Shown: piece by piece, positions 30,464-41,100 of the stretch
Position numbering within the stretch: the stretch's first letter is position 1
Layout: every line of letters starts with the position of its first letter
NCBI GenBank assembly: GCA_963662285.2
Contig: CAXXMV010000004.1
Span: 1 to 64,000 of the forward strand
From: a bacterium
GTDB taxonomy: Bacteria; Hinthialibacterota; Hinthialibacteria; Hinthialibacterales; Hinthialibacteraceae
Length of the DNA stretch: 64,000 nucleotides
Direction of reading: 5' to 3'
Translations under genes and position numbers: made by a program
Notes under the pieces: generated by a model
Told to the model about the DNA's origin: nothing
Databases searched by the model: none
What the model saw: the letters and a program-made list of their open reading frames with translations, nothing else

Positions 30464-33004
30464 ATGGGAATCACTCGTATAAATACCAATATTTCATCGA
30501 TAACAGCACAGCGTAATATAAATATAACAGGTAATAGTCTGTCCCGCTCCATCGAGCGTTTATCATCTGGATTGCGGATCAACAGCGCCAGTGATGACGC
30601 TGCCGGTATGTCAGTCGCCAACCGGTTAAACACGCAAGTAAAAGGTTTGGGCGTGGCAATCAGCAATTCACAAGACGGCATCAACATGATCAGCGTCGCG
30701 GAAGGGGCGCTTGATGAAACCACCTCAAGGTTAAACCGGGTTCGCGAACTGGCATTGCAAGCGGCCAATACAGGCGTCAACGATATCCCCGCCCGTAACG
30801 CCATCCAGGATGAGGTTTTCCAGAGTATTGACGAAATCACTCGAATCGCCAGTACAACTCAGTTTGCCTCGAATTATCTGCTTAATGGCGACTTCTCCAT
30901 TCAATCAGGATTAAAAGCCGGGCAGCAGAATTATGGAATTAATATTGATAGTTCCCCTGTCGCCAGTACGCTTAGCAGTGGAACCGCATTTCTTAATATT
31001 CGTCAGACGCAGGCGGGATCATCTCAAATCGTTGCTGGAGATGGCGTCGGGTCTATTCAGGTGTTGAGCACCGGCATCGGCAACCAGACCGATATTGCGG
31101 TCAGTATGGCCATGTTCTCTGATGACTCGCATTTTGCCGGTGCTGCTGCTGGCGGTGACACTATACAAGGTAACTTTTTCAATGGCGTTAGTGTCGCTAC
31201 AGACGATACATTTGTATTTGAAGGCGTTTTGGCGGATGGCATCACAAAATTCACTGGTTCATATAGCGTTGGGGCTGCAGCAACTGTAGCCAATCTGGCA
31301 TCTGCTGTTCAAGGCGCTATTGATGATGCTGAAAAAGCCTTATTTGGCGTCACAACTACCGCCAGCATTCCAACAACCTACAGAACAACCGTTAGCGCTG
31401 GCGCCGGTGATAATTTAGGCCGTCTGGTTTTTACTTCTCAGGCGGAATTAATAAATCAGACCAATTTCAATATGTCATTGATTCGATCTGACTACACGGT
31501 TACTCAAACCAAAGGCGTGACCCGTTCAGGAGAAATCGGCGAGTCGTCCTACCTGTCCGGCGTTGGGCAGGTTGGCAATTCTGTAACGGCCTTAACTGGT
31601 TCCACCTTTGGCAGCGGCGAGTTTGAAATCAATGTCCAGGATGTTCAATCGGCGCAGCAGAGAATAGTTGAAAGTACCATTGTTTTCCGCGATGCAACCG
31701 GTGCGATTATGAACCGGTCGACATCTATTCAATCCGGTGGATCTGCTGTAGGAACCGCTGGTTTGATATTGAACGGAACCTTTGATGGAGGTATATATAC
31801 CGGCGGTACAACTATCCAGGATGGTGACATGATTGTTTTGCGTGGAACCAATTCTGATGGTACAACTTTTGAAGGTTCGTTTACCTTTGATTATAGCGTC
31901 ACCAATGCACAGGCGGATACTCTCTTGAATGATTTCCGTTTCGGTAGTATCTCCGGTCTTATCTCTGAATTGAACACCAGAACGCGTGGATATGATCAAA
32001 GTTTGGGTCTCGTTGATCAGGATAATGGGGTGCAAACGCGATTTGAAGACGCCATGTTCACCTTCACTTCTTCTGGAACGCTGCAGTTGATTGATGATTT
32101 AGGTCGATCCGATTCGAGTCTAAATTTTACTCTGACGTTCCAGAGAGCTCCCAGCGCTACAACCAGAGACAATTACACTATTCAAGATCAGGCGGAACTT
32201 ATCAAAGAGGGTTATGCTGAACAGGCCACTTTCAGTATTAATGGCGGTGAATCGATACGCGCCGAAGCTGGTGATGTTATTACTCTGTTCGGTCCTGAAG
32301 CGACGGTAATTGGAATACCTCAAGAACAGGTGACTCTACGCGTCGGCAGCGGTTTTTCAGTAGGCACAGATAAACTGCAAACCTCGGCCAATGTTTATGA
32401 AGGCGCTCTTAACGGTGGTGAAGAGGTTAAGTTTACTGCCGGGCAGCAGGATGTTGTGTTCATTTCAGGCGGAAAGTCTGATGGCCCGGCCAAATTTGTA
32501 ACTGTCGATTTCGATGCAGTTCTTGATGTAACCAGTGATGGCGGCATCACGAACTCTGGCATTACTGTTTTGATTTCGACCAACAACTCGGGCTTGAATT
32601 TCCAGATTGGTTCTAATAAAGGTCAGAATATCCAGTTCGCGCTTGGCGACCTGAAAGCGGATAATCTCGGATTCGGGCGCGGCAGCGGCAGAACGATGTC
32701 CGATATTAATGTAACTACTTTGGATGGCGCCAATAAGGCGATTGAAGTGGTGGATGAAGCATTGGCTCAGGTAAACCGCACCAGGTCTATTCTGGGCGCC
32801 GCAACCAACCGGCTTGAATCTACTATCGCTAACTTGAGCGTCGCTGCAGAGAACTTAACTGCTTCAGAATCCCGGATCAGGGATGCTGATTTTGCTAAAG
32901 AAACCGCGGAATTTACACGGAATCAGGTTCTAATGCAGGCCGGCGTTTCAGTCTTGGCGCAAGCCAATTTCCAAAGTCAAGGTTTTCTTGCACTCCTCGG
33001 CTAA
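30464..33004 (+). CDS. fliC: Flagellin, 846 aa, with very large central variable region
   Basis: RINTN..S..AQRN, ERLSSGLRINSASDDAAG, RVRELALQAAN; C-terminal RSILGA..NRLE and SRIRDADFAKETAEFTRNQVLMQAG. ATG at 30464 follows AGGAGG. Confidence 0.96.
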   Translation: MGITRINTNISSITAQRNINITGNSLSRSIERLSSGLRINSASDDAAGMSVANRLNTQVKGLGVAISNSQDGINMISVAEGALDETTSRLNRVRELALQAANTGVNDIPARNAIQDEVFQSIDEITRIASTTQFASNYLLNGDFSIQSGLKAGQQNYGINIDSSPVASTLSSGTAFLNIRQTQAGSSQIVAGDGVGSIQVLSTGIGNQTDIAVSMAMFSDDSHFAGAAAGGDTIQGNFFNGVSVATDDTFVFEGVLADGITKFTGSYSVGAAATVANLASAVQGAIDDAEKALFGVTTTASIPTTYRTTVSAGAGDNLGRLVFTSQAELINQTNFNMSLIRSDYTVTQTKGVTRSGEIGESSYLSGVGQVGNSVTALTGSTFGSGEFEINVQDVQSAQQRIVESTIVFRDATGAIMNRSTSIQSGGSAVGTAGLILNGTFDGGIYTGGTTIQDGDMIVLRGTNSDGTTFEGSFTFDYSVTNAQADTLLNDFRFGSISGLISELNTRTRGYDQSLGLVDQDNGVQTRFEDAMFTFTSSGTLQLIDDLGRSDSSLNFTLTFQRAPSATTRDNYTIQDQAELIKEGYAEQATFSINGGESIRAEAGDVITLFGPEATVIGIPQEQVTLRVGSGFSVGTDKLQTSANVYEGALNGGEEVKFTAGQQDVVFISGGKSDGPAKFVTVDFDAVLDVTSDGGITNSGITVLISTNNSGLNFQIGSNKGQNIQFALGDLKADNLGFGRGSGRTMSDINVTTLDGANKAIEVVDEALAQVNRTRSILGAATNRLESTIANLSVAAENLTASESRIRDADFAKETAEFTRNQVLMQAGVSVLAQANFQSQGFLALLG

Positions 33005-33018
33005 GAGAGGTGAAACAA

Positions 33019-33062
33019 ATGACGCAGGTAAGAGCAACATACTCTTACCTGCGTCATGTTTC
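33019..33062 (+). terminator. Rho-independent terminator after flagellin
   Basis: 16-bp stem ATGACGCAGGTAAGAG / CTCTTACCTGCGTCAT followed by GTTTT. Confidence 0.8.
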
Positions 33063-33112
33063 GAAGAATTAAGATATACCAATTTTTGAAAAATTAACTA
33101 AAGAAGGTCATC

Positions 33113-33310
33113 ATGAATGTTATGGATGCCTCAGCAAATTCTTTAGTTTCTTTGGACATGAGACTTGTATTCCAAATCGGAGGTCAGCAGACGAACGATA
33201 AAGCATCACAGGATAATGCACCGGTTTCCTCTTCTGATAATAAAACCAGAAAAGAGAATACATCTCCAAAAGAAAGCAATACGTCCAATAGCATAGATTT
33301 GCTGGCGTAA
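33113..33310 (+). CDS. Small protein (65 aa) ending in SIDLLA, possibly motility-associated
   Basis: AGAAGG RBS before the ATG; low-complexity middle; C-terminal ID..A resembles YjfB-type motility proteins (inference). Confidence 0.5.
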   Translation: MNVMDASANSLVSLDMRLVFQIGGQQTNDKASQDNAPVSSSDNKTRKENTSPKESNTSNSIDLLA

Positions 33311-33386
33311 ATAAAAAACTTGAATTATTTTCCCAATGCTCGCCCGTTCGTAAACGGGATGAGTATCTTTGTATTTTAAACCCGGA

Positions 33387-34409
33387 TTAAAACTCTAACT
33401 CGACTCCGGAACCTTCAACTATCTCTCCGATGCAGATACTGCCCGGGATTTGACTGCACACCGATTCTTTATCCGCCTGTTTAATCACCAGAATCAACCC
33501 GATTCCCATATTGAATACGCGGTACATCTCTGCTCGAGAAATATCCCCTGCTTCTTGTATCAGTGAGAAAATCGGCAGCGGTTGCCAGGTTTTAGCGTCA
33601 ATTTTCGCTTTGCAATTGTCGGGCAGGATGCGGCAGATATTGCCTTCAAAGCCTCCACCCGTGATATGGGTGATGCCGCGGATTTCTGTGTTCTTCCGGA
33701 TTCTGAAAACTTCATCCAGGTATGATCTATGTGGTTCAAGCAAATCCTCGCCCAGCGTCCTTGATAATCCCGGCGCCGGTTGATCCAGGGCGTATCCCTT
33801 TTCTTCCAGAAGAACCTTACGCGCCAGGGTATATCCATTGGTATGCAGGCCGGATGATGGAATGCCTATCAGAGCGTCTCCCGGTTCGATGCTGCCGCCG
33901 TCAATAATGTCATCTTCATCCACCATACCGACGATGCAGGCGGCCAGATCGTATTCTTCTGGAGCGTAAACATCCGACATTTGAGCGGTCTCTCCACCGA
34001 TCAACGCCATGCCCGCCGCTTTGCAGGCGGCGCTCATTCCTTCAATCAACTGTAGCACCACTTCATCGTCTTGTTTGGCGCAGGCGAAATAATCCAGAAA
34101 GAATAAAGGTTTGGCGCCGCAGGTCAGGATATCATTGATCGAGTGGTTGACCAGGTCGCATCCGATTCCATAGTGCTTTCCTGTAGATACGGCTAACTTG
34201 ACTTTGGTTCCCACTCCATCAACGCTGGAAACCAGTACGGGCTTTTTCATCGAAATGCCCGACAAGGAAAACATGGCCCCGAATGCGCCTTCTTTATGCA
34301 GGACGCGTTCGTTATGAGTTTGACCGATAGCTTTCGCAATGCGTTTTTTTACGCGGTCTCCCGCATCGATATCCACGCCCGCCTGGGCGTAACGGCTTGA
34401 TGTGTTCAT
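33387..34409 (-). CDS. purM: Phosphoribosylformylglycinamidine cyclo-ligase (AIR synthetase)
   Basis: YAQAGVDI, DGVGTK, GGETAQM, SSGLHTNGY, HITGGG and FNMGIG motifs. Confidence 0.96.
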   Translation of the reverse strand: MNTSSRYAQAGVDIDAGDRVKKRIAKAIGQTHNERVLHKEGAFGAMFSLSGISMKKPVLVSSVDGVGTKVKLAVSTGKHYGIGCDLVNHSINDILTCGAKPLFFLDYFACAKQDDEVVLQLIEGMSAACKAAGMALIGGETAQMSDVYAPEEYDLAACIVGMVDEDDIIDGGSIEPGDALIGIPSSGLHTNGYTLARKVLLEEKGYALDQPAPGLSRTLGEDLLEPHRSYLDEVFRIRKNTEIRGITHITGGGFEGNICRILPDNCKAKIDAKTWQPLPIFSLIQEAGDISRAEMYRVFNMGIGLILVIKQADKESVCSQIPGSICIGEIVEGSGVELEF

Positions 34410-34542
34410 TGATATTCCCTCTATTAATTAATATATCGTTGTTTTTCAAAATATCATTGTCTAAAATTGCCGGGTATAATGCGTAGGATGGGTCACGCCT
34501 TATCGACCCATCAAAGAACCACCCATCACTTACAAACCACTA

Positions 34543-37068
34543 TCAAAATTGCCGGGTAAAGATAGTCAAATTCGGCAGCCCTATATTGCCTAAATCAACT
34601 ACATCATTTTCGATTACGGTAATATTAGGTAAAACTCCCACCTCATGCACCGAGTTGGTTGTTTTCTCGTATACATGAAAAATCAGATCATGATTGCCCG
34701 CAGGTATCTCTTCCAGTAGAAATTCATTGCCAAAAGTGGGAAAGACTTTGACGCCGGGGATATTAATCCCGGATAGCGTGGCATTTGATGGTCCGGTGAA
34801 TCTTCCCTGGATGCTTCCGGTGCTTACCAATGGAAATAACTTTTCATTAATATATTGCAAACGTAGTGTATCTTGAGCAATCTTTACTTCCTGTTCTTTA
34901 GGGTGATATCCTTGCGCTAGAAACCTGACGCGATAGATTCCCGGTTCGGTGAATGTTAGTTGATAGGTGCCATCGGGTGTATTAACTTGGCTGGTTTTGA
35001 CGAAAGGACGACCGCGAGGGTCTTTGGGAGTGCCTTCTACGCTCAGCATATACTGATGAATCAATTGATTTGTATCGTTATCAACAATAGTGCCCATCAG
35101 GTTCCATTCACCAAGCACCAGAGATACATCGGCGCCAGTGCTTCCAGCCGCAATCTGGTATAAGACTCCGGTTAATGGTGGATTGGAATCAACCCGGAAA
35201 TGGATGTCGTATACTCCTTCGGGCAAACCATCCAGGTGATAGATGCCAGCAACGTCTGAAATGGCGTTTGAAATGCCTCCCTGGGGTAATTGAGTAGTTA
35301 CTGACACGCCTGCCAGTGATTGACCGTTGACATCCAAAACGCGGCCTTCGATAAAACCGCCTTGTTCCATGGTTAAGGTTATGGTTTGCTGTCCTTCTGA
35401 TTGAAGAATGATCTGTTTACTGATAGAAGCGTAATTCTCTTTTTGGGCGGTTATTTCATGCGTCCCGCCGAATGTATTGAGCGATTGTGATAGTGCAACC
35501 TGGTCGATGCGGAATGATCCTGCTCCATCGCTGATTGTTTCCCGTACCTGGTTTTGCGCTAGGTCGCGCAAAGATATGCGTACTTCAGCAACAGCGTTGC
35601 CTGATTTGTCGACTACGTTGCCAGTCAGTTCAGTCAATCCCTGGAGAGTAATGGTAATATCGTTGATTTGCGTCTCCAGGTCTGAGGGTAGCGGATCGCT
35701 AAGCCCCGTTCCATAATCAGGGTGAGATGCCTGTAAGCGAACAGTATAATTATCCAGGGTTTGGCCTCCAGTGATAGGAACTCCGGATAAATGAAATCTT
35801 CCATCGGAACTGCTAGTGGTTTGGACGCTTGCCAGTCCGGCTATAGTGATTACTGCATTGGCGACTGGTTGGTTGCTGGAATCTATTACCAAACCGTTTA
35901 CAGAACGCCCTGATACGGCGACAAAATCAATATTACTGGCGCTTTTTTCAAACAACCTTACCGATTTGAAATCATCTTTCAGGGGAATGACGTAATTGAG
36001 GTGAGCGTTCTCATTCGCCGCGCTTGAAACCAGGTAGGTTCCCTGTTTTAGGTTATCGAAACGATAGAATCCGCTGGCATCGGTCTCTATTATATTGTCT
36101 TCTGGAGTTGAACCTGAATTTTGTAAGATGGCGCGGAGCTTAAAGCCAGAAATTCCCTGTTGGTTATCTGAGGCGATAATTCGGCCTGAGATCGAGTATG
36201 TAGGACGGTCAAGTTGTAGAATTATCTCATTCCCACTGGGTAGATCGACTTCTTTTGTTCCATTACCTGAATCAGTATAACCTTCCTGAGATGCCTGAAG
36301 GCGCACGCGGCTAGACGGTGTATTGTCAAAAGAGAAGCGGCCTTCCGCATCTGCATTGACATCTATTACCCAGATTCCTACCAGGGCTTTGGCTTGTACC
36401 TGCGCGATTGCGATAGGTTCTCCGAATTGATCCTGTACCCGTCCGGCGAGTGTTCCTTCAGCAATTAAGGTGAGAATTAGATCAGTCGAGCCAATTTTAA
36501 CGTCTTTTAGTATGGCTGGTTGGTAACCGGCTAACTGCGCAGCCAGGGTGACGTTTGGTTGGTTGATTTTTTCAATTTTGAATTTTCCTCCTACTTCGCT
36601 GAAAGCCATGGGCTGGCCATTGATTTGAATGGCGGCGCCTTGCAATGGAACATCAAGGTTATCTTTTACGATGCCCGCAATTCCATTGGGGAGGGTTTTA
36701 TTATGGGCATTGGCGTCTTTGGCTGCATCAGATAATGCGCCGGGAGTAGAAGGGTCTGAATGATTGGCCGCCAACTGTGATTCAGTGGAGCTGGGGATAT
36801 CTGAACCGGATGTTGATCCATCCGACTCAGAACCGCCGCTTGATCCTGTATTGGATAGATGGTTTTGTGAAGGATTATCTTTGCCTGATATCGAGTCTTT
36901 TGTATTTGTTGAAGAATCGTTGTTTAGGCCGTTTTTGTTAATAGTTAATGCCTGATCATCACTGATGGGCGATTGCTTTACGTGCATCGCTGGCATAAAA
37001 ATGATTATGCCCATGACTATAAGAACTACAATAATTAGTCCAACAATTAGAATAGATTGAGAGCGCAT
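34543..37068 (-). CDS. Membrane-anchored protein with ~7 carboxypeptidase-regulatory-like domains
   Basis: N-terminal TM and Ser-rich linker, then repeated G.V.D..G.P.A.. / D..G.F.. units. Confidence 0.75.
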   Translation of the reverse strand: MRSQSILIVGLIIVVLIVMGIIIFMPAMHVKQSPISDDQALTINKNGLNNDSSTNTKDSISGKDNPSQNHLSNTGSSGGSESDGSTSGSDIPSSTESQLAANHSDPSTPGALSDAAKDANAHNKTLPNGIAGIVKDNLDVPLQGAAIQINGQPMAFSEVGGKFKIEKINQPNVTLAAQLAGYQPAILKDVKIGSTDLILTLIAEGTLAGRVQDQFGEPIAIAQVQAKALVGIWVIDVNADAEGRFSFDNTPSSRVRLQASQEGYTDSGNGTKEVDLPSGNEIILQLDRPTYSISGRIIASDNQQGISGFKLRAILQNSGSTPEDNIIETDASGFYRFDNLKQGTYLVSSAANENAHLNYVIPLKDDFKSVRLFEKSASNIDFVAVSGRSVNGLVIDSSNQPVANAVITIAGLASVQTTSSSDGRFHLSGVPITGGQTLDNYTVRLQASHPDYGTGLSDPLPSDLETQINDITITLQGLTELTGNVVDKSGNAVAEVRISLRDLAQNQVRETISDGAGSFRIDQVALSQSLNTFGGTHEITAQKENYASISKQIILQSEGQQTITLTMEQGGFIEGRVLDVNGQSLAGVSVTTQLPQGGISNAISDVAGIYHLDGLPEGVYDIHFRVDSNPPLTGVLYQIAAGSTGADVSLVLGEWNLMGTIVDNDTNQLIHQYMLSVEGTPKDPRGRPFVKTSQVNTPDGTYQLTFTEPGIYRVRFLAQGYHPKEQEVKIAQDTLRLQYINEKLFPLVSTGSIQGRFTGPSNATLSGINIPGVKVFPTFGNEFLLEEIPAGNHDLIFHVYEKTTNSVHEVGVLPNITVIENDVVDLGNIGLPNLTIFTRQF

Positions 37069-37688
37069 ACGGTGATCTCCTTAAATATATTCTAAGTATA
37101 TCACGGCTGGAAAAACAGCCTATGACTATATTAAGGTTGAAAGAAATATCTCTTTATATTGTAGATGTGAGTTGTTCGATTCACATATTATTATGGCTTC
37201 TTACGTGATTCTCAAAATAATATTCGTTTATTATCACATTTAGGCTTAAAAAAACTATCTGTTCTAACTGTTTCAAACCGCAAATCAGTACTTTATTATG
37301 CATACCACTCTAAAGTTATTTTGAGCCGATTGATTTGTGAATGCTGTAAGGCATTCTAATTAAATAGGATAAGTTTGTATAAATGTGATTTTATGGACAA
37401 AATTTTAAATATTTGCTTTATGCGTCTTTTCTTTACTTGAGATATGTGCAATTATAGTTTATGTTATTTAATACCACTGTATTATATTTTGCTTCTTTAG
37501 TGCTCATGAAAAACAGAGTTTTTTTATATGTACTGTATATTTAGTATAATCATTTTCGGCTATGATAAAGTCTAAGCATTACTTTATGCTCATTATAATA
37601 TTGCAGTGATTGACTTGAGGTATGTAAATTAAATTGTTTTTGTTCTATTTTTGCGAATCTAATTGATGGATAATTTGGATAAATATTA

Positions 37689-38066
37689 ATGAAGCTTCTT
37701 TTAGATACTCATATTCTTCTTTTGTGGCTTGATGATAATCAAGCAGTATCCGATAAGATACGGAATATGATTCAATCAAGAGATAATTTGATTTTTGTCA
37801 GCGCTGCTAGTATATGGGAAATTTCGATAAAATCCGCCTTGGGGATATTAAAAACTCGGGTAGATATTGCCGAGGTTTTACAGACGAATGGTTTTCAATC
37901 TATCCCGATAACCACGTCTCACGCGCAAAGGGCCGGTAATTTACCTCCTGGCAATGGCGATACTTTTAATAGAGTGTTAGTAGCCCAAGCCTTGGAAGAA
38001 GGTTTGTCCATTATCACGCGAGACAGCCAAATCGAGCAGTATCATGTTGATATTATCCGCTGTTGA
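37689..38066 (+). CDS. PIN-domain (VapC-like) protein, no adjacent antitoxin visible
   Basis: LLLDTH, SAASIWEISIK, D.FNRVLVAQA and IITRD motifs. Confidence 0.85.
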   Translation: MKLLLDTHILLLWLDDNQAVSDKIRNMIQSRDNLIFVSAASIWEISIKSALGILKTRVDIAEVLQTNGFQSIPITTSHAQRAGNLPPGNGDTFNRVLVAQALEEGLSIITRDSQIEQYHVDIIRC

Positions 38067-38102
38067 GATTATTCACTGTTGATTCTTAATGTCGATCAAC
38101 TC

Positions 38103-41100
38103 CTAGGATTCATCCAATATTTCGCGTATTTTTTGAAGTAGTTTTTCTTCCGATACTGGTTTTTGAATGAAATTAATGCCAGGATCAAGGATGCCATAGT
38201 GCACTATTTCATTATCGGTATAACCTGACATATATAGATTTTTTATATCCGGTTTAATGGATTTCATAATATTATAGAGTTCAATTCCATTCATTTTCGG
38301 CATGATTACATCAGTTAGCAGTAAATGAATTTTTTCGGTGTAATCCTCACTTATTTGTATGGCTTCAGGCCCGTTATTTGCAATTAGAGTGTTGTATCCG
38401 TTATTCTTCAAGAAGCGGTAAACGATTTTTCTTACGATTTCCTCGTCTTCCACCAGAAGGATTGTCTCGTCGCCTGATTGTTTTTTGGTTTTTGGTTTAC
38501 TTTCTATTTGAGATTCAATCTCTTCTAATATTCGCGGGAAATAAATCTTAAATGTTGTTCCCTTATCTGGCTCGCTATATACCCAAATATTACCGTTGCT
38601 CTGTTTTACAATTCCATAAACAGTTGATAGCCCTAAGCCGGTTCCTTTGCCCATTGCTTTGGTTGTGAAGAATGGATCAAAAATATGCTCTATGATATCC
38701 TTGGGAATTCCGCTTCCGTTGTCGCTTATCGCTATCATTACGTATGATCCGGATTTAACGCTGATATGCATATCGCAATATTCTTTATCAAGATCAACGT
38801 TGCTGGTTTCTATGTTTAATCGTCCACCTTTTGGCATGGCGTCTTTCGCGTTAATCGCCAGGTTCATGATGATCTGCTCGATTTGTCCGGGATCCGCCAT
38901 GATTTTTCCGATTGATGATTCTGGATGAGTAACCAGTTCAACGCTCTCTCCAATCAACCGTTGCAGCATTTTTTTCATATCCTCAACCATGTTGTTGAGG
39001 TCCAACTGTTTGGGTTGCAGGACTTGTTTTCTACTGAAGGCTAGTAGTTGTCTGGTTAATGTTGTTGCTCGTTCAGCTGCTTTTAGGATTTCTTCAGTAT
39101 CTTCTCTTAACGGGCTGCCTTGATCGAGTGCATTGTGCAGTAAACTTCCATAACCTTTGATTGCCATAAGCAGATTATTGAAATCATGGGCGATGCCGCC
39201 GGCCAGTTGTCCGATGGCTTCCATTTTCTGAGCTTGGCGTAACTGCGCTTCTAATAGTTCTTTCTCTTGTTCAGCCTTTTTCGCCTCTGTTATATCCTGA
39301 ACTGTTCCTACTAGTTGGATTGCATTGTTATTACTATCTTTAATCAACTCCGCTTGTTCATAAACCCAGCGTTCCTCTCCATCAGGACGAATGATTCTAT
39401 GTTCAATGCTATATGGTTGTAATTTTAAAATGGCGGTTTCAGCAGATTTTTTAACTTTATCCAGGTCATCCGGATGGATCAGTGAATAGAATGAACTCTG
39501 TTTCCCGTCAAAGTGGCTTTTATCTACGCCAAAAATATGGTGCGTCTCATTAGACCAGGCAAGGTCTTTCGTAATTAGGTTTGAATTCCAACTGCCAATA
39601 TGCGCAATGCTCTGCGCTGTTTCCAATTGCTCTTTGCTCTTGGTTAATTCTTCTTCGATGCGCTTTATTTCAGTAACATCCGAGAAAACGACTATGCCAG
39701 CAATGATCCCGCCATCGCTTTTTCTTATCGGCGCAGCATTTGCCAGCAGCCATCTTTTTTCGCCATCGGCTCGATGGATGATTACAGATACATTGTTTGA
39801 TGATTTTCCTTGCAAGACAGCTTGTGATAAGGGCCAATCCTCCGGTTTGAAGGGTGTTCCTTCACTATGATAAGTCTCAAATTTATTTGCAAGACTCTGT
39901 AATGTGATATTAGTCAATGGTGAATTGGTTTCACCTAGCATTTCCCGGGCCGCGTCGTTTGCAATCAGGATATTAACATCCGGCGCATCGGCTATGATTA
40001 TTCCAACGGCGGATTGCTGGATAGCCACGCCTAGAAGCGCTTGTAGTTTGGCAATCTCCTCTTCCGTAGTGATACGTTCAGTGATATCCCAGAAGATGCC
40101 GAGGATGCTGGTTATGTTCCCCTGCTTGTCCCTGACAGGAGTTACTACTTTTTCAAACCATTTGGTTCCTTCTTCTGTTTTATATTCTTCAATAATTTGA
40201 ATGGAATTGCCTGTTTCGAGTACATATTTATCATTATTTTGATGCTTGTTCGCCAGTTCATCGGAGAATAAATCGTAATCGTTTTTCCCGATAATCTCTT
40301 CTAACGATTTTCCCAGCAGTGTACAAAAACTATTATTGGCGGAAATAAATCTGGATTTTTCATCTTTCATAAATATGAATTGCTTCAGGTTCTCAACTAA
40401 TGTCCGGTATAGTTCTTCTCTTTCTGACAATTGCCTGGTTCTAGTGGCAACCGTTTTCTCGAGCCACAGATATCGAGAAATGGCAAAAGCTGTAGTAATC
40501 AAGATTATCAGTAATCCCACCGAACCGAGTAAAAGTACAATAGGGTCTTTGTACCATGGCGATAGAACAAAGAAATTAAATTGGGCCGGCGTATTATCTA
40601 TGTTGCCATATCGATCCATGGCGCGAACTTCGAAGATATGGCTCCCCTCGATCAATCCGGATTTAGAAAATTCTGCAATTGGAAGAAAAGGCGACCAGGA
40701 TATGTAATCCAGTCTGCAAGAGAATAAGAGTCTATCCTTAAGTGTTTGCTTCCACCGGTCTGTTCCATCAAATACCAGCCTGATCCTCCCATCAGGAGGG
40801 ATGGTCGTCATATTACGTTCAATCGGTATAAATGTTTCTGGCGGATAGGTATCCGTATCGGGTTGGAATTGTCTTAAGCCATATTTCGACAGCGCCCATA
40901 TATTGTCTGTGCGATCTTGATATATGTTATGAATAGTGGCGTCTGGAAGTCCATCTTCAACTGTATTTGAAATCCATGATCCTTCACGGAACCGGTGTAC
41001 GCCCGATCCCGATGCTACCCAGATATCCCCGTCTTTTGATTGCATCATGTTGCGAACTGTTTCCAGATTGGGAGAACTGATGGTTCTCCATTGCTTTCCG

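Noticed and set aside
30464-33004. Flagellinolysin (protease-bearing flagellin) or TldR-associated phage flagellin
   Set aside because: No HExxH motif, and no TnpB-like, csrA or prophage genes adjacent.
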